Shown here: positions 56,421-64,000 of the stretch, piece by piece
Layout of the letters: every line of letters begins with the position of its first letter
Position numbering within the stretch: the stretch's first letter is position 1
NCBI GenBank assembly: GCA_963726745.1
Contig: CAVSDR010000003.1
Coordinates: 384,001 to 448,000 of the forward strand
Direction of reading: 5' to 3'
DNA: 64,000 bases
DNA from: an uncultured Verrucomicrobiae bacterium
GTDB taxonomy: Bacteria; Verrucomicrobiota; Verrucomicrobiia; Chthoniobacterales; UBA10450
Made by a program: the position numbers and the translations under genes
Notes under the pieces: generated by a model
Seen by the model: the letters and a program-made list of their open reading frames with translations, nothing else
Told to the model about the DNA's origin: nothing
The model's database searches: none

Positions 56421-57080
56421 TCATGCCGCAAGGGATTTGCGCGGCCAGGTGGCGAGGCCGTAGACGAGGTGGAAAAGGCCGAAAGTCAGAGCCATCGCGA
56501 GAGCCGTGTGGCGCGCCGGGTCCGCACTGAAAAGCGGCCCAGTCAAAAGCAGGCAGGCGGCCCCAGCCAGCAAAAACGCCCAGCCAAGAAGGCGCAGGGA
56601 GCGTGGGGCAAAGCTGACCGTTGAGAGCAGGGCCAGGCCATATGAGGTGATCCAAGTGGAAGCCAAAACCGGTAGCGCTTCCGTGGTTTCATCGTTCCGC
56701 CAGAAGAGCAAAGTGAGGACTGCGGCAATGAGTAACACCGGGGTCGCTCCAGCGATCGCCAATCGTAAGCCGGAGGTGAGGAATGCGCTGCCTTCCCGGC
56801 GAGCCTTGCGCGCGATGAAGAAGGTATTGACCGCCAACGTCGCGGCCAAAACAACCAGCCAGATGAGAATGAAATGCCGGGCCGCGCCGGGAAAGGAGAG
56901 CTTGAAGAAAGAAGTGCTGCCGCGCTCGTTGCCGAGGAAAAGGAGCACGCCCGCGGCCAGCGCGAGCGCACCGCCGATCAGCGCCGTGGGCGCCGAGATG
57001 GCGCGGTAGATCGTGGCCCGCTCCATCAGCGAGCGGATGACTCGCAGGTGTTCTTCGGCGTGGATGCGCGCGTCGTCCAT
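56421..57080 (-). CDS. membrane protein, partner of the winged-HTH regulator
   Basis: L..IRSLMER, six TMs, FG.FH..YG. Confidence 0.8.
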   Translation of the reverse strand: MDDARIHAEEHLRVIRSLMERATIYRAISAPTALIGGALALAAGVLLFLGNERGSTSFFKLSFPGAARHFILIWLVVLAATLAVNTFFIARKARREGSAFLTSGLRLAIAGATPVLLIAAVLTLLFWRNDETTEALPVLASTWITSYGLALLSTVSFAPRSLRLLGWAFLLAGAACLLLTGPLFSADPARHTALAMALTFGLFHLVYGLATWPRKSLAA

Positions 57081-57086
57081 GGCTTC

Positions 57087-57103
57087 ACTTTGTATGGCAA
57101 AGT
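57087..57103. promoter_or_regulatory. palindromic operator ACTTTG-N5-CAAAGT
   Basis: ACTTTGTATGGCAAAGT, 7 bp upstream of the ATG at 57080. Confidence 0.7.
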
Positions 57104-57146
57104 TGTCCGCGCGGCAACCAAATTCGCAAATATTTTTCTGCCGCCG

Positions 57147-57638
57147 TCACCGGCCGGGCGAACGCGCGTTCATCAGGAAGAGCGCCACCATCGCCAGACT
57201 GATGGCTAATTTGCCGATCATCCCGCCGAGGTTCCCGAGGAGCGCGCCCCAGCCGGCGCGTCCGGCACTAACGAGTCGTGCGCCGCCAATTAATTCTCCT
57301 GCGATCGCGCCCAGGAGCGGCGCCACCAGGAGCGTCACGAAGCCAGTGAAGATGCCGACCACAATCCCGAGAAGCGCACCGATCACGCCCCAGCGGGTGG
57401 CGCCGAAGTATTTTGCGCCGACATAGCTGGCGGCGAAATCGAGCAGGTAGGAAGCGATCGTTAGGCCGAGCAAAAGCGCCAGGGCCCACCAGCTCATGCC
57501 AAATTCCGGCCCGACAAGGAAGCGATGCCCGACCGCGGCCAGCAAGATGATCGTGCTGCCTGGGACCACCGGCAGGACGCTGCCGATGAGGCCCACGGCC
57601 ATGACCACAATCGCGAGGAGCCACCAAATGTGATGCAC
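57147..57638 (-). CDS. DUF456 family membrane protein
   Basis: G...PVVPG, GAKYFGATRWG, P.LGA..GE; GTG start. Confidence 0.85.
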   Translation of the reverse strand: MHHIWWLLAIVVMAVGLIGSVLPVVPGSTIILLAAVGHRFLVGPEFGMSWWALALLLGLTIASYLLDFAASYVGAKYFGATRWGVIGALLGIVVGIFTGFVTLLVAPLLGAIAGELIGGARLVSAGRAGWGALLGNLGGMIGKLAISLAMVALFLMNARSPGR

Positions 57639-57731
57639 CCTTGTAGTTAGCTCCTTTCCGCGCGGACGCCAGAAGCGCCCGCGGCGCGAAACTTTTGACC
57701 GCTCCCTGCGCGCTCTTATACTGCCTTTCTC

Positions 57732-58226
57732 ATGGCCCTTTCCGTCGGAACCAAAGCACCGGATTTCACTCTCCCCACGAAGACCGCCGAGGGCGCGAAA
57801 GAGATCAGACTGAGCGCGCGTTTCGGCCAAGGCCACACTGTGCTGCTCTTCTTCCCGATGGCCTTTACCGGCACCTGCACCACGGAGATGTGCAGCGTGG
57901 GCAATGGTCTGGGCGAATACGACGAGCTGAACGCCACCGTCTACGGCATCAGCGGCGATAATCCCTTCGCGCAGGAAGCTTGGGCGCAGCGGGAGAAGAT
58001 CCACGTCACCCTCCTGAGCGACTACGAGCACCAGGTCACGCGGGCCTACGACGTGGCTTACGATTCCTTCCTCCCGCAGTTCGGCCTGCCGATGGGTGGC
58101 GTGGCCAAGCGCGCGGCGTTTCTGATCGATCGCGAGGGCGTGATCCAGCACGTCGAATGTCTGGAAGACGCGCGCGAGTTGCCGGATTTCGAGAAGATCA
58201 AAGCCAAGCTGGCGGAGCTGAAGTAA
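57732..58226 (+). CDS. peroxiredoxin (AhpC/TSA family)
   Basis: [31 protein letters not shown]. Confidence 0.9.
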   Translation: MALSVGTKAPDFTLPTKTAEGAKEIRLSARFGQGHTVLLFFPMAFTGTCTTEMCSVGNGLGEYDELNATVYGISGDNPFAQEAWAQREKIHVTLLSDYEHQVTRAYDVAYDSFLPQFGLPMGGVAKRAAFLIDREGVIQHVECLEDARELPDFEKIKAKLAELK

Positions 58227-58228
58227 TC

Positions 58229-61116
<2,888 letters not shown>

Positions 61117-61188
61117 GCGCAGGTCAGCCCGGGCCGCGTAGCCCTACCCATAGCGCTCCGGGCCGCGCTGCGCGGAGAATGGCGGCCC

Positions 61189-61476
61189 ATGGGCAGCGAC
61201 CATTCCACGCGCTACGATCCCGAGGCCGATATCCCGCCGCAGCCCGAGCTGAGCCTCCGTGAGCAGGACGTCTTTCGCTGGATGCGCGAGGGCAAGCGCG
61301 ACAGCGAGATCGCCATCCTGACCAATGGCAACCCGCGCACGACCGAGAAGCACGCCGCCAGCATCATCAACAAATACCACGCGGAGACGCGCACCGCCTA
61401 CCAGGCCATCTACCGCGTAGGCGACAACCGCGTCGGCCAATGGAGCAACCCCGTCAGCATCGCGGTGGGCGTGTAG
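61189..61476 (+). CDS. LuxR-type HTH fragment fused to an unrelated C-terminus (probable chimera)
   Basis: LSLREQDV..W..EGK.D.EIA....RT.EKH...I..K...TRTA, then abruptly YQAIYRVGD.RVGQWS.PVSIAVG. Confidence 0.55.
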   Translation: MGSDHSTRYDPEADIPPQPELSLREQDVFRWMREGKRDSEIAILTNGNPRTTEKHAASIINKYHAETRTAYQAIYRVGDNRVGQWSNPVSIAVGV

Positions 61477-61500
61477 CTCCTAACAACAGCCTAACGAATC

Positions 61501-61534
61501 AGAACGGCCGGATGTGCAAGCGTCCGGTTGTTTT
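61501..61534 (+). terminator. hairpin with U-rich 3' arm between convergent genes
   Basis: AGAACGGCCGGATGT-GCAA-GCGTCCGGTTGTTTT. Confidence 0.6.
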
Positions 61535-61558
61535 GTTGACAACGACCGTCGTGAACGA

Positions 61559-61777
61559 TCAGCGGAAATTATCTACCTCGAGCCCGCTGCCCTCGATGAT
61601 GCTTTTCAAAGTGCCGATCGGAATGGGCTTGTTGCCGTGAATCGCTACGATGACCTGCCGTCCGTTGGGATGACGCCACTTCTGATGGCTCCCCGATTGG
61701 CCGGCCAATGCGAAACCATGACCTCGCAGGACCTTCGTAACCTCGGCCGCAGTGCAGACCGGAAAGCGCTGGCTCAC
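61559..61777 (-). CDS. hicA: HicA-family toxin
   Basis: L..HGF....QSGSH.K.RH...V....H....IP.GTL.SI. Confidence 0.92.
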   Translation of the reverse strand: MSQRFPVCTAAEVTKVLRGHGFALAGQSGSHQKWRHPNGRQVIVAIHGNKPIPIGTLKSIIEGSGLEVDNFR

Positions 61778-61977
61778 GGAACGGCGAGTTCCAAAACCTT
61801 TGCGCCCTCGGCCAGCGGCACATCCGAGGGTTTGAACCAAAGTGCGAGCGCTTCTCTCGCATTAGCCACGGCTTCCTCTTCCGTGTCACCGGCGCTCGCA
61901 CAGCCGGGCAGTTCCGGGAAAACCGCCGACCAACGTTTCGCTTCCGCATCAAACTCAATCACGAGACGAAGCTTCAT
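61774..61977 (-). CDS. hicB: HicB-family antitoxin (short, no DNA-binding domain)
   Basis: PELPGC.S.GDT.EEA..NAREAL; GTGA overlap with hicA. Confidence 0.92.
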   Translation of the reverse strand: MKLRLVIEFDAEAKRWSAVFPELPGCASAGDTEEEAVANAREALALWFKPSDVPLAEGAKVLELAVP

Positions 61978-62050
61978 CGCTGGAAGATTACTGCATTCTG
62001 GTCGGATTGGAAGACTCCGCCGGGCGCCTCGTTCTGATCCCACCCGCTCG

Positions 62051-62230
62051 CTAGACGCGCAACACCGGGAAGGCATCGAAACCGGCGAGAATCTGCCATA
62101 CCAGGGAGATGACGCCCGTGATCGCGTGCGTGCGGATGGGCTTCGATCGCCAGCCGATCACCGTGACCGGGATTCCGGTTACATCAAACCAAAGGCAAGG
62201 ACGCCGAGGCTGGCGGCCGTGAGCGCCATG
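62051..62230 (-). pseudogene. possible small membrane-protein remnant
   Basis: Hydrophobic reading MALTAASLGVLAFGL / VTGIPVTVIGW...ITGVISLVWQILAG split over two frames. Confidence 0.25.
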
Positions 62231-62281
62231 TTGGCGTCAGCTTGCATCAGCGCACGCCGAGTCGCAGGCTTAGGAGTTGCG

Positions 62282-63091
62282 ATGAGGCGTGAAAACACAA
62301 GCGCAGACGAATGCCCGAACTGCAGTCATTTTCCATCGTATACCGGCGGCTACTGTTTCAAATGTGGCCACTTTCGTCCTTCGAAGCGTGTTGACCCTGG
62401 CGGTGCTGATGAAATCGAAGTGACCGAATTCATGAAACGCAGCTTCGGTACGCGGGTGAGCGACGTCGAGATGACCGAAGAGCAACTCGATGTGCAACAA
62501 GAGGAGCGAAGTATGCGTTGGTTATACCGCAAGCCGAAGCCGACTGTGCTTGTTCCCGTTCATATAACTGTTGAGAACATCCGCGATGCCGCAGTGACGG
62601 TGCGAGGCATTGTCGAACGATACGGAACTACGAGCGAAGGCGAACTGATCCGCGCAATTGGCCCCGCTTGGCAGGCAGTAGCTGAAAGACTCGGCAAAGA
62701 CTGGTCTCACGCGTACGAGATCCCACCTCGAATTTGGGAGGAAATCGTGGCTGCTACTTTCGACAAAGCAGGCTACGACGAAGTCGTTCTGACATCGCGT
62801 TCAGGCGATCACGGTCGAGACGTTATTGCTGTTCGACAGGGCGTATGCTGCGTCCGAATTATCGGGTCCGTCAAAGCGTATAAACCTGGACACCTCGTAG
62901 AATATGATGACGTCCGCGCCCTGGCTGGTGTTCTTCATGGCGATCTGAAAGCAACGAAAGGAATTATCACTACGACGTCGGACTTTCCTCCGAACTTGCT
63001 GAAGGATCCGTTCATTTCACCGCTAATGCCTTACCGCCTTGAGACGATGAATGGCGTTGCATTGCAGAAATGGCTTGCCGAACTCAGGTAG
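62282..63091 (+). CDS. Mrr-like restriction endonuclease with N-terminal Zn ribbon
   Basis: CPNC...CFKC; PR.WEEIVA..F...GY..V.LT..SGDHGRDVIA, VKAY, V...DVRAL.G, G.I.TTS.F; lower GC. Confidence 0.85.
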   Translation: MRRENTSADECPNCSHFPSYTGGYCFKCGHFRPSKRVDPGGADEIEVTEFMKRSFGTRVSDVEMTEEQLDVQQEERSMRWLYRKPKPTVLVPVHITVENIRDAAVTVRGIVERYGTTSEGELIRAIGPAWQAVAERLGKDWSHAYEIPPRIWEEIVAATFDKAGYDEVVLTSRSGDHGRDVIAVRQGVCCVRIIGSVKAYKPGHLVEYDDVRALAGVLHGDLKATKGIITTTSDFPPNLLKDPFISPLMPYRLETMNGVALQKWLAELR

Positions 63092-63812
63092 ACGCCTGCC
63101 GCCTACGGTCTACTGCTGAGGAAGTCATCAGTGTCGGCTTCGGTGGCATGGCATGGACTGAACTGAGAGACCATGGCCGATCAAATGTAACGCTCCAGCC
63201 TTGCCGCATGTCTGGTTTGGCACAGTTCGATATGCTGATGATTTCATCTCAGCGCCAGTTCGAAACCGCATTCCGACTCCCACTTCTTGTCCTTCGATCG
63301 TCGATTCGTCCGCCTAAACGAGAGATTTGTCTTCGGGGGCCCCCTTACAACGCTGGGCGGCGTCGTTCGGAGTGCATCTACTCGCGCACGCTGATCGAGG
63401 CGGTTTCGGAGTTACTTTCGACGCGGTGCTATGCGGAATTCTATTCTGAGGCTGCGCTTCATGATCGACGGGCGCGGGCAATCGCCGAGGACGCCTTGGA
63501 TCGAAGATTGTTCGACTTGGAAGACAGCCTCGAAGTCCAACTGGCAGAAGCACTGACGGAAGCCGAAGTCACTAGTTAATGCGACTGCTTGGTTATCCCA
63601 TCAACGTCAGATTAAACGAGTGCTGCGATCATCGTGCAGGGGTGCGGAATGAACAGCCGCATTGTCACGGCGTCGAGGGACCTCAAGCGCGCCATATGTC
63701 TTCGTTTTCGGCTGGGTGACTTATCAGATGATGGAGGAGGCGTTCCGGCCGGCGTGGACGGGTGACATGTCCGCTTCGCGACGTTCACGCTGAAACGAAC
63801 GAGGTCTCCGAC

Positions 63813-64000
63813 TTACGCCGAAGGAGCAGGCCGCGTCACGAGCCCAATCCACGCCCGGCGCTCGACATAGAGAAGGAAGAGCGCGAGCGCGGCGACGACG
63901 ATGCCGGGGGCGATGTCGTGACCGGCGGTGAGGAAGATGTGAAAGGCGAGGATGTTCACGATGATGGGGCCGAGGAAGAGCAGGCCGAGATTGCGCGTGC
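63813..64000 (-). CDS. DoxX-like membrane protein (3' part only)
   Basis: Own translation LGLLFLGPIIVNILAFHIFL...; stop at 63813. Confidence 0.7.
   Translation of the reverse strand, partial: TRNLGLLFLGPIIVNILAFHIFLTAGHDIAPGIVVAALALFLLYVERRAWIGLVTRPAPSA

Noticed and set aside
63070..63579. 169-aa ORF after the nuclease
   Set aside because: No recognisable domain; only the last ~65 codons look protein-like, probably debris.

Overview
This is a GC-rich (roughly 63-65% by eye) bacterial chromosome segment. Gene content and protein style (extended L34, ECF sigma/Ser-Thr kinase pair, DUF2851, DUF4126, GldAFG-like ABC operon) suggest Verrucomicrobia, probably Chthoniobacterales; this assignment is an inference. 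Most of the window is housekeeping: rpmH, sucA-sucB-lpdA, serS, bamD-lptE, PBP1A, ispH, acnA, rnpB and tRNA-Lys/Leu/Gly. A ~17 kb surface-glycan locus follows tRNA-Lys (GT4s, a coiled-coil methyltransferase, and a CDP-3,6-dideoxy/branched-sugar pathway with GtrB-like and GT-C-like transferases). A small defence/remnant islet (hicBA, Zn-ribbon Mrr-like nuclease) lies at the right end. At least a dozen single-base frameshifts, some in essential genes, look like assembly errors. Main unexplained signals: (1) the 9-mer GCCTAACGA/TCGTTAGGC occurs 29 times by manual count, on both strands, in several codon phases, over stop codons and inside rnpB, behaving like a DNA-uptake or HIP-type genome signature; (2) a ~190-nt, almost fully paired orphan RNA leader precedes a small membrane-protein gene; (3) a yersiniose-type sugar pathway is coupled to a lipid-carrier glycosylation module; (4) a palindromic operator is shared by a winged-HTH gene pair and an ispH/ferritin-like pair.
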